From the NCBI GenBank assembly GCA_050309605.1, contig JBNRMN010000071.1:1-40249 (forward strand): 40,249 nt of DNA, written 5' to 3'. A model generated the notes under the pieces. That model was not told the origin of the DNA and did not search any database. It saw nothing but the letters and a program-made list of their open reading frames with translations. Of this stretch, positions 17,125-27,174 are shown piece by piece. The stretch's first letter is position 1. Every line of letters starts with the position of its first letter. The position numbers were made by a program, and so were the translations under genes. Source of the stretch: Anaerohalosphaeraceae bacterium. Lineage in GTDB: Bacteria; Planctomycetota; Phycisphaerae; Sedimentisphaerales; Anaerohalosphaeraceae.

Positions 17125-17304
17125 TCAAAACGACTTGTTAACTTCGAACATCTCAATCGAGTCATAGTCCGGATTTAAGCTCCTCTCGGCACGTGCAATA
17201 TGTTTTTTCGCCGACCGCTTCTGTTTATACACCTTAACATAAACAGGAAATCCCCTCCAAACACATGAAACAACCCATACTTTCTGTTTTGTTTTTTGGA
17301 GCAT
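17125..17304 (-). CDS. Small hypothetical protein (59 aa, absent from the ORF track)
   Basis: Hand translation: MLQKTKQKVWVVSCVWRGFPVYVKVYKQKRSAKKHIARAERSLNPDYDSIEMFEVNKSF*. AAGGAA RBS-like site. It fills the AT-rich bioD-nadB gap and is co-oriented with both genes. Confidence 0.6.
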   Translation of the reverse strand: MLQKTKQKVWVVSCVWRGFPVYVKVYKQKRSAKKHIARAERSLNPDYDSIEMFEVNKSF

Positions 17305-17353
17305 CTAATCTTCCTTAACGCTACATAATATACCCTATTGCGCCACATTAATT

Positions 17354-18109
17354 TTAACTTTTACTCAAGGCGTCCCAGTCGCACAGGGCCATGGCCTCGA
17401 GGACGGCCGGGCCGAGGCGGCACTGTTCGACGCTGCTGTCCTGGTCGTACGGGACGATGGTCAGGACGTGCGTTCGGCCGCAGCGGGCGATGACGTCCGG
17501 AGCGGTTTCTTCGGGGATGCCCGCGGTAGCTGCATTATATCCGTTGATGACCACGCCCGCAACGGGCAATCCAGCTGCCCTGACCGCCTCCAGGGTCAGC
17601 AGGGTATGGTTGATCGTGCCCAGGCCGGGTCGGGCGACAACGACCGCGGGCAAATCCAGTACCGCGGCCACATCGAGAATCGTCGCTTCCTCGGTCAGCG
17701 GTACCAGCGCCCCGCCGATGCCCTCGACCAACACCACATCGCACGTCTTGGCCAGATAGCCGTACGCTGCGGCGATGGCCTCAAAATCCACGTCCCGCCG
17801 CTCGACTTGAGCACACACTATCGGCGCCGCCGGCGTCTTGTAGCAGACCGGCGTCATGACCGACAGCGGATAATCCGTCTCGGCGCAGACGGCCAGAAAC
17901 TCCGCGTCGGCGCTGATCAGCCCCTCGCGGTCGCGACGGCAGCCGCTGGCGACCGGCTTGAGCACGCCGACCTTCCTGCCGGCCTGACGCAGCAGCCGCG
18001 CAATCGCCCCGGTAATCATGGTCTTGCCGACCTCGGTATCGGTGGCCGTGATGAACAGCCCCGCCGAACGCGGCACATCCGTAAACATCTCAGACCAAAC
18101 CGCCATCAT
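17354..18109 (-). CDS. bioD: Dethiobiotin synthase
   Basis: FITATDTEVGKT, LKPVASG, VEGIGG and LGTINHTLLT. The start could be 18109 or 18088. Confidence 0.95.
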   Translation of the reverse strand: MMAVWSEMFTDVPRSAGLFITATDTEVGKTMITGAIARLLRQAGRKVGVLKPVASGCRRDREGLISADAEFLAVCAETDYPLSVMTPVCYKTPAAPIVCAQVERRDVDFEAIAAAYGYLAKTCDVVLVEGIGGALVPLTEEATILDVAAVLDLPAVVVARPGLGTINHTLLTLEAVRAAGLPVAGVVINGYNAATAGIPEETAPDVIARCGRTHVLTIVPYDQDSSVEQCRLGPAVLEAMALCDWDALSKS

Positions 18110-18300
18110 TTGATTCTCCAAACACAATCCAAAGGATTTTGAGCCGCCAGAAAATCCGCCACGTATGGCGCCAACGTCTTTATCACCGCCGTCCCAATGG
18201 GCTGCTGGTTGTGCACGACCGACGAAAAGACGTGCGCCTTGCCTTGGGCGATGTAGGTGTTGTCGCCCTTTTTCTCCAGCGGCCGTAATTGTCTGCTTGA
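18106..18300 (-). pseudogene. Probable degenerate BlaI/MecI/CopY-family repressor fragment
   Basis: Minus frame reads LRPLEKKGDNTYIAQGKAHVFSSVV...AVIK, resembling the BlaI wing motif LRRLEKKGY...GKAHVF. No start codon, and an apparent frameshift just upstream (cag aca = QT out of frame). Confidence 0.4.
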
Positions 18301-18577
18301 CCTTAGTCTATTGTCCTCGTCTTGAACTTTCAGTCAAGACTTATACCCGTGTTTTTTATCGGCCCTTTGAGGAGACAAGGCGGTTTGCAGGCTGTCAAAA
18401 GACGCGCAAATCACCAACAGAGGTAAACTCCGCATCGGATAATGCCGATACAGTCAGCAGGACAGACGGCTTACAGGCTGTGCGTCCTGCAGCCCGATGA
18501 CGGCAGTCGGGTCTGTAGTCAATCCCGAAAATGGACGCTTCGAACACGGTACGAAGCGACTCGACAGGAGTGAATAA

Positions 18578-19390
18578 ATGGCTTTCGATGCAACAATAAA
18601 AGAGTACCTCAAAGAAATTGACGCGGCGCCGCTGCTGAGCTGGGACGAAGAAAAGTCGCTGGCCGCGGCGATTATGGAAGACAATGACCCCTTCGCCCGC
18701 GAACAGCTCATTCGCAGCAACCTGCGGCTGGTGGTCAACATCGCCAAAAAATACTCCGGCCGGGGGATGAGCCTGGGCGATCTGATCGAAGAAGGCAATC
18801 TCGGCCTGATGCGGGCGGTCGATACCTTTGACCCGGATCACGGCGTGCGGTTCAGCACCTACTCGGCCTGGTGGATCAAGCAGGCCATCAAACGCGCAAT
18901 CCTGAACAATTCTCAGCCTATCCACATTCCGACCTATATGGTTGAGCTGATCAACCAGTGGCGCCAGACCTATGCTGAGCTGGAAGTCAAACTCGGCCGG
19001 ACCGTCAGCCTTGAAGAGATGGCCTTCGCGATGAAGGTGCCGATTCGCAAGGCCCGTGCCATTCGTGATATCGTCAATGTGGTGGACACCGGTTTTCAGC
19101 ATGATTCCAACGAGGAAAACGCCGGTCTGGACGAGGCGATTGAAGATGATAAGGTCGAAACGCCCGAGCAGTTGCTTGGCTCCAATGAAGAATTGAACCG
19201 GGCGCTGGAATTACTGGATTGCATTGATCCGCGCGAGGCGGAAGTGCTCCGGCTGCGATTCGGCCTGGACGGACGCGAAACATTAACCCTCAAGCAAATC
19301 GGCAAAAAACTCGGCCTGACGCGCGAGCGTGTTCGTCAAATTCAGCGCAGCGCGCTGACGCAATTGAATGAATTGATGACCGCCGAATAA
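18578..19390 (+). CDS. RNA polymerase sigma-70 family factor (RpoD/RpoS-like, no region 1.1)
   Basis: YLKEI, LIRSNLRLVVNIAKKY, DLIEEGNLGL, RFSTYSAWWIKQ and LGLTRERVRQI. AGGAG RBS. Confidence 0.94.
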   Translation: MAFDATIKEYLKEIDAAPLLSWDEEKSLAAAIMEDNDPFAREQLIRSNLRLVVNIAKKYSGRGMSLGDLIEEGNLGLMRAVDTFDPDHGVRFSTYSAWWIKQAIKRAILNNSQPIHIPTYMVELINQWRQTYAELEVKLGRTVSLEEMAFAMKVPIRKARAIRDIVNVVDTGFQHDSNEENAGLDEAIEDDKVETPEQLLGSNEELNRALELLDCIDPREAEVLRLRFGLDGRETLTLKQIGKKLGLTRERVRQIQRSALTQLNELMTAE

Positions 19391-19429
19391 ACCGCCCATC
19401 GGCTGTCTTGACGGGCATTGCAGAGCGGG

Positions 19430-20077
19430 TTACTTTTCGGCCTCAACAATCAAATCGCCGTGATAGGGCCGGCATTCGAGATTGCATAATTCCGGATGTC
19501 GGCTCGTATGCCATTGGACGGAGGTGATTTTCGAAAAACCGCATTCCGTAAGCTGGGCGGTCAATTCGTCTTTGTCATACACAAACTGATGCCCCCACAA
19601 CCGCATTCCCTCATTGATCCGTTGGCAGGGGGTGGCGGGATTCCATCCGCGATATTTCATGTCCCCTAACCTCTTATTTTTATAGTGCTCAAGCCCTGTT
19701 TGTAAATCCGGCGTACTGATTCGCAGGATACCGCCGGGAGCCAAAATCCGGTAACATTCACGCAAAAACCGCCGCCCTTGAAAAAGCGTCAGGTGTTCAA
19801 GAAAGTGTTCTGAAAAAATCAAGCGCACACGGTTCGACGCTACCGGCAAAGGCCGGCGCAAGTCCAGTTTGATCACGTCGTTATCGCCGTCAAGATCAAT
19901 ATTGCCCCAGCCGGGCAAAAGGTTGCTCCCGCAGCCTAAATGAAGTTTGTCACAGCCGGCAAGTCGTTTTTTGGCTCGCACAAACCGGATGTTTTGCCGC
20001 AGCAAACCGATGTATTTAATAACAATCGGAGGAGTGACAAAACACACTTTATTCTTGAGATCCGCTGATATCTTCAT
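19430..20077 (-). CDS. Class I SAM-dependent methyltransferase domain protein
   Basis: KLHLGCG, SEHFLEHL and LAPGGILRISTPD. AT-richer than its neighbours. Confidence 0.85.
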   Translation of the reverse strand: MKISADLKNKVCFVTPPIVIKYIGLLRQNIRFVRAKKRLAGCDKLHLGCGSNLLPGWGNIDLDGDNDVIKLDLRRPLPVASNRVRLIFSEHFLEHLTLFQGRRFLRECYRILAPGGILRISTPDLQTGLEHYKNKRLGDMKYRGWNPATPCQRINEGMRLWGHQFVYDKDELTAQLTECGFSKITSVQWHTSRHPELCNLECRPYHGDLIVEAEK

Positions 20078-20208
20078 TTTGACTTAAACCCTTTAGTGGT
20101 GCCGTTTTTCCTGAAAACCTGATTATAGTCGAAGAAACTGCTTTGGGAATAGTTTTTCATTCTTTATAATCCATCAAAAGAAATGATGTTGATGAACGGA
20201 GAGAAAAA

Positions 20209-20721
20209 GTGGAACTGAAAGCTTTTATTCGCGATATTCCGGACTTTCCGCAGCGGGGTATTTTGTTTCGGGACATCACACCGCTGCTGGCCGATAAGGC
20301 GGCGCTGGCGGCGGCCATCGAGGCACTGGCCGAGCCGTTTCGAAAGGACGGCGTTGAGGCGGTCGCGGCCGTGGAGGCGCGGGGGTTTATCTTCGGCTCA
20401 GCGGTCGCACGGGCGCTGGGCGTCGGGTTTGTACCGATCCGCAAACAGGGCAAGCTGCCCGGACACACCGCGCAGCTTCGCTATGACCTCGAATACGGGC
20501 AGGACACCATTGAAGTGCATCGCGACGCGATACGCCCCGGAATGCGGGTATTGATGATTGACGACCTGCTGGCCACCGGCGGCACAATGGTCGCGGCCTG
20601 CAAACTCATGGAAACACTGGAAGCGAAGATTGTCGGCCTGACCTTTCTGGTCGAGTTGACCGCCCTGGCCGGCCGAGACAGATTGGGAACCTATCGTATC
20701 CACAGCGTGATTCAATATTAA
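20209..20721 (+). CDS. apt: Adenine phosphoribosyltransferase
   Basis: IPDFPQRGILFRDITPLL, EARGF, RKQGKLP and IDDLLATGGT. GTG start with GGAG RBS. Confidence 0.96.
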   Translation: MELKAFIRDIPDFPQRGILFRDITPLLADKAALAAAIEALAEPFRKDGVEAVAAVEARGFIFGSAVARALGVGFVPIRKQGKLPGHTAQLRYDLEYGQDTIEVHRDAIRPGMRVLMIDDLLATGGTMVAACKLMETLEAKIVGLTFLVELTALAGRDRLGTYRIHSVIQY

Positions 20722-20758
20722 TTCCCAACGCATTTGCTACGTAAAAGGAGTTAAGAAG

Positions 20759-21868
20759 TTGGCTCAAACCCGTGTGAATGTGACCGTACCGGCAACGGCC
20801 GAGAGCAGCTATCCGATTTATATTGGGGCGGGGTTATTGGCGTCGCTGTGGCCGGAGATTGAGCGGCGGTGGCCGAACCGCAAGGCCTTTGTGGTTACCG
20901 ATGTCAATCTGGTCCAAGCGGGCCTGGTTGAGCAGCTGCTCGGCGGCAGAGAGGTACCGTATTTTGTCATCGACCCGCCGGGCGAAATCGCCAAGCACAT
21001 TCAGACGATTACGTCGATGGTCGAGGCGATGGAGCAGGCGTTTCTCGGACGCGATACGCTCGTGGTTGCGCTGGGCGGCGGAACGGTCGGCGATATTGCC
21101 GGGTTTGCCGCGGCCATTTACAAGCGCGGCGTGCCGGTCGTCCAGATTCCGACCACTACCGTTGCCCAGGCCGATTCGAGCGTCGGCGGCAAGACCGGCG
21201 TGGACAGCACGCTGAGCAAGAACGCCTTTGGCTGTTTCTGGCATCCGGCGGCGGTGTATATTGACGTGCAAACGCTGGCGACGCTGGACGACCGCCAGTA
21301 TCGGGCCGGCCTGGTCGAATCGGTCAAGCACGCCGCGATTGCCGACGCGGGGTATTTTGATTACATCGAGAACCATATCGACGCCATTTTAGTGCGCGAT
21401 ACGGGTGTGCTGGAGCACATGGCTTATGAAAACTGCCGCATCAAAGCGGCGGTCGTGGCCGAGGACCCGACAGAAAAAAACAAACGCCGCATCCTCAACT
21501 ACGGCCATACCCTCGGCCATGCGGTCGAGTCGGCCAGCGGCTTTGCCCTCTTGCACGGCCAGGCGGTGGCAATCGGAATGATCGCGGCCGGTCTAATCGA
21601 AACACAGACAGGACTTGTCGGTGATGATCGTCTCAAGCGCATCCGCGGCCTGCTCGAACGGCTCGGCCAGCCGACACACATTCCGCCGGATATGACCAAA
21701 GAGACACTGATCGACTTGCTCAAACGCGATAAAAAAGCCGTCGGACAGTGGCCCCGATTTGTTCTACTCGAACAGCTCGGCCGCGTGTGGTATCAAAACG
21801 ACCAGTGGGCACACGAAGTCCGGCCTGACATCGTAGAGGCGATCATCGACCAATTGAAGGCGTCATAG
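20759..21868 (+). CDS. aroB: 3-dehydroquinate synthase
   Basis: ALGGGTVGDIAGF, PTT...DSSVGGKTG and LNYGHTLGHAVE...HG. TTG start with AAGGAG RBS. Confidence 0.94.
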   Translation: MAQTRVNVTVPATAESSYPIYIGAGLLASLWPEIERRWPNRKAFVVTDVNLVQAGLVEQLLGGREVPYFVIDPPGEIAKHIQTITSMVEAMEQAFLGRDTLVVALGGGTVGDIAGFAAAIYKRGVPVVQIPTTTVAQADSSVGGKTGVDSTLSKNAFGCFWHPAAVYIDVQTLATLDDRQYRAGLVESVKHAAIADAGYFDYIENHIDAILVRDTGVLEHMAYENCRIKAAVVAEDPTEKNKRRILNYGHTLGHAVESASGFALLHGQAVAIGMIAAGLIETQTGLVGDDRLKRIRGLLERLGQPTHIPPDMTKETLIDLLKRDKKAVGQWPRFVLLEQLGRVWYQNDQWAHEVRPDIVEAIIDQLKAS

Positions 21869-21908
21869 CCGCTTATCGTTTTATTCCCTATCCATAAGGA
21901 GCACAGCA

Positions 21909-22613
21909 ATGAAGGCAATACTGGATGTTTTTCGATTTCCGCTGAACAAGACGGGGCTGGCGCACATCGGGTTGTTTACCGTATTGATCTTTGCGATGAT
22001 GTTCGTCGAGTTTGTGCTGTCGCAATTCTTAGGCCCGATTGGCGGTTATGTGAGCCTGGGACTGATGTTCATCAATGCCCTGGTCGGCATCGAACTGATC
22101 CAGTATCTGTATTTGTGTACGCAGCAAAGCGCTCAAGGCGCTCTGGTCGCGCCGGACAGTATGTTTTCCGATGCGTTTCAGATCGGCAGTTGGAGCGATT
22201 TATTCGAGGAATTTGCCATTCGCGTCAGCCCGTATATCCTGTGTTTTGTTCCGGCAATCCTGTACCAGGCGTTTACGGAACGAACCGATACGATTTTTGT
22301 CGTGTTGCTGGCGGGAGGCGTGTTTTATTTTCCGATGTTTTTTCTGGCCGTGGCGATGTTCAATTCCTTGACCGCCTTTAATCCATTGATTCATATCATC
22401 TCGATAGTGAAAACGCTTTTTTCATATGGTCTGCTGGTAGGGCAGTTTGTTATTCTGGTTGTACTGTTTATTGTTTTTGTCGCCCTGTTTCAACACTTAT
22501 GGCTGACATCCATGTTGTTGTTTCCTTTTCAGCTTTACTATATGATAGTCATCGCCCACCTAATCGGCAGATATTATTGTCTCAATGAACAGAAACTGAA
22601 TTGGGCGGTGTAA
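21909..22613 (+). CDS. Integral membrane protein of unknown function
   Basis: About six hydrophobic segments and a TAAGGAG RBS. Confidence 0.75.
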   Translation: MKAILDVFRFPLNKTGLAHIGLFTVLIFAMMFVEFVLSQFLGPIGGYVSLGLMFINALVGIELIQYLYLCTQQSAQGALVAPDSMFSDAFQIGSWSDLFEEFAIRVSPYILCFVPAILYQAFTERTDTIFVVLLAGGVFYFPMFFLAVAMFNSLTAFNPLIHIISIVKTLFSYGLLVGQFVILVVLFIVFVALFQHLWLTSMLLFPFQLYYMIVIAHLIGRYYCLNEQKLNWAV

Positions 22614-22696
22614 ACAGAAATTATCGAAATCCAAACCCAGCCCGAATACCAAAATCAAAACGTTCAAAACAGGCACTCTGCTCTGCATCGTACCCT

Positions 22697-22726
22697 AAAA
22701 AAAGCCCTGCGGGAAACCCGCAGGGC
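22697..22726 (-). terminator. Rho-independent terminator after rpsA
   Basis: Perfect 10-bp stem gccctgcggg/cccgcagggc with a 3-nt loop, then 7 T on the minus strand. Confidence 0.9.
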
Positions 22727-22756
22727 CTATGCAAAATCAACGGTTGACGCGCCGGC

Positions 22757-24520
22757 TTATTCTTTTCCGAAATTGAATGAATCCGGCATCAAAGCACCGT
22801 CCAGCCCGCCGCGTCGCGGGGTGTATTCTTTTTCTTCGGCGGCCGGCTTGTGGGCATCTTCGGCGGCCTTGTCCTCGGCAGCCCATTGGGCGCGGCGCAG
22901 ACTCAGGCCGATTTTGCGCGAGTCGTTATCGACGCGAAGAATTTTGACCTCGACTTCGTCGCCGATTTTGACCACTTCCTGCGGGTTGTCAATCTTGTGA
23001 TCGGCCAGCTCGGAGATGTGAAGCAGCCCTTCGAGATCTTCTTCCAATTCCACAAACACGCCGAAATTGGTCAGCTTGGTGACCTTGCCGCGGACAATCT
23101 GGCCGGGGATATACTTTTCGGGGATCGCCCGCGCCCACGGGTCTTCGGTCATCTGCTTGATGCCCAGCGAAATGCGATGTTTTTCTTCATCGACTTCGAG
23201 CACGACACAGCGAATGTCCTGACCTTTCTGCAGGGCCTCGCCGGGATGATTGTATTTCTTGGTCCAGCTCAGATCAGAGATATGAATCAATCCGTCGATG
23301 CCCGGCTCGATTTCCACAAACGCGCCGTAGTTGGTCAGGCTGGTCACCTTGGCATCCACGATGGTCCCGGCCGGGTACTTCTGGCCGGCAATCGTCCAGG
23401 GGTTCGTCTCAAGCTGCTTGAGACCCAGCGAAATTTCCTGTTTTTCCTTGTTGACATCCAGCACCATCACTTCGATCTCCTCGCCGATGCTCAGCACATC
23501 GCTCGGATGCCCGATGCGTTTGGTCCAGCTCATCTCGCTGATGTGCACCAGCCCTTCGATGCCGTCTTCCAGACGAATGAACGCGCCGTAGTTCATAATA
23601 TTGACCACGGTTCCCTTGACGCGCTTGCCGACGGGGTAGCGTTCTTCGACGCTTTCCCACGGGCTGGGCGTTTTTTGCTTGAGGCCGAGGCTGATCTTTT
23701 CGCTTTCCTTGTCCACCCCGATGACCATACACTCGATTTCCTGATCCAGCTCGACCATTTCCGAAGGATGCGAGATCCGGCCCCAGCTCATATCCGAGAT
23801 GTGCAGCAGACCGTCCAGACCGCCCAGATCGACAAACACGCCGAAATCGGCGATGTTCTTGACGATGCCTTTGCGAATCTGACCGACTTCGATTTCCTGC
23901 AGGATACGTTCTTTGCTGAGCTGACGTTCCTCTTCGATGAGTTTACGGCGGGAGACAACGATATTGTGGTTATCCGTGTCGATCTTGAGGATTTTGCAGT
24001 CGATTTCCTCGCCGATAAAGCGGCTGATGTCGCCGGGTTTGCGGATATCCACCTGCGAAGCGGGCAGAAAGACCGGCACGCCGATATCCACCAGCAAGCC
24101 GCCTTTGATCCGACGGCTGACGATGCCCTTGATCACATCGCCTTCATTGTGATGGGTGATAACGTGTTCCCACCCGCGAATGCGGTCGGCTTTGCGCTTG
24201 CTCAGCAGAATGCCGCCTTCGGCGTCCACTTCCTCCAGCAGCACTTCGATCTCTTTGCCGGCGACAATGTCGTCGGGCGAATCGAATTCGGAGGCCTCCA
24301 CGATCCCTTCGCTCTTGAGGCCCAGCTCGACGATGACGTCGTTGCCGAACTGGGTGACAATCTTGCCTTTGACGATGGTGCCGGGGACAAGCTTTTCGAC
24401 TTTGGTTTCCAATACGCTGTCCAGAAGATGCTTGTGCTCGTCGGTGAAAAGGGCTTGAATTTCCTGCTCGACCTGCTCTTCGGACAACCCCAGTTTTGAA
24501 ATGATGTTGCGATCTACCAT
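22757..24520 (-). CDS. rpsA: 30S ribosomal protein S1
   Basis: Six S1 repeats ([50 protein letters not shown]). AGGAG RBS before ATG at 24520. Confidence 0.97.
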   Translation of the reverse strand: MVDRNIISKLGLSEEQVEQEIQALFTDEHKHLLDSVLETKVEKLVPGTIVKGKIVTQFGNDVIVELGLKSEGIVEASEFDSPDDIVAGKEIEVLLEEVDAEGGILLSKRKADRIRGWEHVITHHNEGDVIKGIVSRRIKGGLLVDIGVPVFLPASQVDIRKPGDISRFIGEEIDCKILKIDTDNHNIVVSRRKLIEEERQLSKERILQEIEVGQIRKGIVKNIADFGVFVDLGGLDGLLHISDMSWGRISHPSEMVELDQEIECMVIGVDKESEKISLGLKQKTPSPWESVEERYPVGKRVKGTVVNIMNYGAFIRLEDGIEGLVHISEMSWTKRIGHPSDVLSIGEEIEVMVLDVNKEKQEISLGLKQLETNPWTIAGQKYPAGTIVDAKVTSLTNYGAFVEIEPGIDGLIHISDLSWTKKYNHPGEALQKGQDIRCVVLEVDEEKHRISLGIKQMTEDPWARAIPEKYIPGQIVRGKVTKLTNFGVFVELEEDLEGLLHISELADHKIDNPQEVVKIGDEVEVKILRVDNDSRKIGLSLRRAQWAAEDKAAEDAHKPAAEEKEYTPRRGGLDGALMPDSFNFGKE

Positions 24521-24768
24521 TGTTACTATTCTCCTGTGGAGTCTGTTTTGTAACCTGCCGACGCCCCACATTTACGCCGACCGGCCAAGACCACTTATAT
24601 AAAATGGTTTGTAAAAAAAAAACGCATTGACCCACGCAGTCAATCGCGCTTACTGCGAGTATTCCACTTCAAATCCAACCCTGAAAACCACAACGCCAAT
24701 CGAAATGCCCCAAAAACCGACGTGGCTTTTGAATTCGCAATTCGGGTTTACGTTGTTGGCGTTCCACG

Positions 24769-25605
24769 TTAACCTTCAAAAGAGCGCAGGTTTTCGACGA
24801 AGGCGTCGATCACCTCATCCGGCGTCGAGGCTCCGGCCGTTACGCCGGCGGTCTGTTTACCGGAAAGAATACTTTTATCAAGTTCCTGCCAATTTTGCAA
24901 GTGAAAGGTTTGCGGATTATGTTTTTTGCACAATTCGGCCAATTTTCTTGTATTGGCGCTGTGCAGTCCGCCTAAAACGAACATCACGTCCACCTGTCGG
25001 CATAACTTCACAGCCGCCTCCTGGCGTTCCATCGTCTCGCGACACAGGGTATTGATGACCTTGATTTCCGAAAACCCGCGCCGAGCTACGGCCGCCAGCA
25101 TTTGAGCAAAATAATCCGGGCTTTGCGTGGTCTGGCAAATAATACCTAACTTCTTTCCCAGATTGAGTTTATACAAATCGTCCTCGGTGCCTGCCACGTG
25201 TACATCCGGCGCCGAACCCACGACCGCCCTTACTTCAGGATGGTTTTTGTCTCCAATAATTACCACATGATACCCTTCCTCATGCAGCAGACGGGCGATT
25301 TTTTGCACCCGTTTGACCAAAACACAGGTCGCATCCACGACATCCAGCCCTTTGTTCTGAATCTCCTGAAGCTCGGCGGAGGTCGCTCCGTGCGAGCGGA
25401 TCAGTACCGTCCCCTCGGCAATCTGGCCGATCTGATTGACCGTATGCAGCCCCGAATCGGCCAGTTGCCGCACCACGTCCTCGTTGTGGATGATGGGGCC
25501 GAGACTGTACACGATATTGTTTTTCTCTAACGTCTTCTTTGCCAGGTTAATCGCATTCCGCACCCCCGGACAAAATCCGCATTTTTCCGCTACCAATACG
25601 TTCAT
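24769..25605 (-). CDS. ispH: 4-hydroxy-3-methylbut-2-enyl diphosphate reductase
   Basis: GFCPGV, IIHN, IRSHG, DATC, HPEV, QTT, NTLC, SANT and TAGASTP motifs. Confidence 0.96.
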   Translation of the reverse strand: MNVLVAEKCGFCPGVRNAINLAKKTLEKNNIVYSLGPIIHNEDVVRQLADSGLHTVNQIGQIAEGTVLIRSHGATSAELQEIQNKGLDVVDATCVLVKRVQKIARLLHEEGYHVVIIGDKNHPEVRAVVGSAPDVHVAGTEDDLYKLNLGKKLGIICQTTQSPDYFAQMLAAVARRGFSEIKVINTLCRETMERQEAAVKLCRQVDVMFVLGGLHSANTRKLAELCKKHNPQTFHLQNWQELDKSILSGKQTAGVTAGASTPDEVIDAFVENLRSFEG

Positions 25606-25764
25606 CTATGACCACCGGATTTAAATTCAAAAAAAGGTTTTTGATTTTATACCATATTTTACGAAAAGGGTGAGCAAATTCCCTTGATATTTGAATAAGT
25701 GCCGGCTATCGCCATCAAATCCAAATGGAAAAGCGCTTGACGCCGCCGCACCGGTTCAGGGCGC

Positions 25765-25800
25765 ACAAAACAACCCCGGCCGAACGGATTCGACCGGGGT
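25765..25800 (-). terminator. Probable terminator of the hydrogenase operon
   Basis: Minus-strand stem accccggtcgaa/ttcggccggggt followed by tgttttgt, about 26 bp after the large-subunit stop. Confidence 0.7.
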
Positions 25801-25826
25801 CGGCACAATGTGCTCTTCCAAACGAC

Positions 25827-27158
25827 TTATTTCACAAATTCAATATCCAGATAGTGGGTCGAACAGGAAATACACGGGTCATAGGCCCGCACGAGCATTT
25901 CCATTTTCTGGCGCAGAGCGTCCTGGCCTTCGTCCATAAACTGCGGCACAAGCTTTTCGAAATCCAATTGGATATTGGCGTGGTTCTGATTGGTCGGAAT
26001 GCAGCAGTTGCCCCAGACACATTCGCCGTTTTTGTCAAACTCATACGAATGGAACAGGATGCCGCGCGGCGCTTCGATGCCGGCGTGGCCGCGTCCGGCG
26101 CGAAGGGCGACTTTGACTTTTTCAGGTTTCAGGCCGCGGGTCAGCAGCTGGTCGATCACCTCCAGACTGCCTTCGACGACATGGGCACACTCGGCCAACT
26201 GGGCAATGCTGTTGAAATAGGGATTGCAGCAGCCTTTTTTCAGCCCGAACATGTCGGCGACCTTTTTCCCCAGCGGACTGAGCAGTTCGGCGTTGTTGTT
26301 AAACCGGGCCAGCGCCCCGGCCGCATAGGCATCGCGATGCCACTTGGTCCACTTGGCCGTCGATTGCGGATGAACGTACTCATTGGCCACGCTTTCCCAT
26401 TTGGCGGCCGGAACGGGCGGCTTGCCGTTCAAATCGGTGCTGGTAATATCGCCGTGATAGAATGTGTATTCCTGAAGCGTGCCTTTGTACTGCGGCTGAT
26501 TCTGCTTGAGGCTGACGTACTCGGTATCACGGGTAAAGTCCGGCAGCGCCTCGGCCACGCTCAGGACGACATTACATATCGTCACCAGATCGGGCACGAT
26601 GGCTTCCAGCTCTTTCTTCAGGCTGCGCAGCTCGTCTTCGGTCGGTACGCGCGTCATCCCGCCGGGCGTCAGCGTCACCGGGTGCGTAATGCGTCCGCAC
26701 AGCAGCGCCGACATCTGATTGGCCACGCGGTGGGCCTTGATGATGGTTTTGACCGCATCGGTCGCCTTGGGAATCAGCGGCACGACGGATTTTTCGCCGA
26801 ACAGATCCGGCGCCACCAGATAGCCGACATGCAGCACGTGGCTTTGCAATTGCTCGGAATAGTGCATCAGATGACGCACCAAATCCGTCTGTTCGGTCAC
26901 CTCCAGCTTCAAGGCATCTTCCACGGCGCGTGTGGCCACCAGTGAATGTGAAATCGAACAGATGCCGCAGATGCGGCTGACGATGGTCTGAATATCGTCA
27001 TAACGGCGACCCCGCACCATCGCCTCAAAGAAACGCGGCGCTTCGGGGACCTGCCATTGACAGGTTTCAATCGTCCCGTCGGTGATATTGACCACGATAT
27101 TGCCGTGGCCCTCAACGCGGGTGATATGATGCACATTGATATTGATGTTTTTACTCAT
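25827..27158 (-). CDS. hydA: Group 3b [NiFe]-hydrogenase large (alpha) subunit
   Basis: TRVEGHG, L1 RICGICSISH, EAPRG and L2 DPCISCSTH followed by a short cleavable tail (YLDIEFVK). Confidence 0.93.
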   Translation of the reverse strand: MSKNININVHHITRVEGHGNIVVNITDGTIETCQWQVPEAPRFFEAMVRGRRYDDIQTIVSRICGICSISHSLVATRAVEDALKLEVTEQTDLVRHLMHYSEQLQSHVLHVGYLVAPDLFGEKSVVPLIPKATDAVKTIIKAHRVANQMSALLCGRITHPVTLTPGGMTRVPTEDELRSLKKELEAIVPDLVTICNVVLSVAEALPDFTRDTEYVSLKQNQPQYKGTLQEYTFYHGDITSTDLNGKPPVPAAKWESVANEYVHPQSTAKWTKWHRDAYAAGALARFNNNAELLSPLGKKVADMFGLKKGCCNPYFNSIAQLAECAHVVEGSLEVIDQLLTRGLKPEKVKVALRAGRGHAGIEAPRGILFHSYEFDKNGECVWGNCCIPTNQNHANIQLDFEKLVPQFMDEGQDALRQKMEMLVRAYDPCISCSTHYLDIEFVK

Positions 27159-27174
27159 GGCATTGGCCTCTGTC

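Noticed and set aside
18246..18273. Terminator-like hairpin gggcgat...gtcgccc followed by T5 on the plus strand
   Set aside because: No plus-strand gene ends upstream, and it falls inside the putative blaI remnant. It may be chance, so it was not called.
22620..22670. A/C-rich quasi-repeat (cgaaatccaaa...ccaaaatcaaaacgttcaaaac) after the membrane protein gene
   Set aside because: Too degenerate to define a repeat unit by eye.
24521..24768. Possible ispH-rpsA fusion, or a structured rpsA leader
   Set aside because: ispH has its own stop about 250 bp before rpsA, so there is no fusion. Only a short inverted repeat (attgac/gtcaat) is visible, not enough to call an RNA element.
25827..25900. 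Selenocysteine-containing ([NiFeSe]) hydrogenase
   Set aside because: The L2 motif is DPCISC with ordinary Cys codons and no in-frame TGA.
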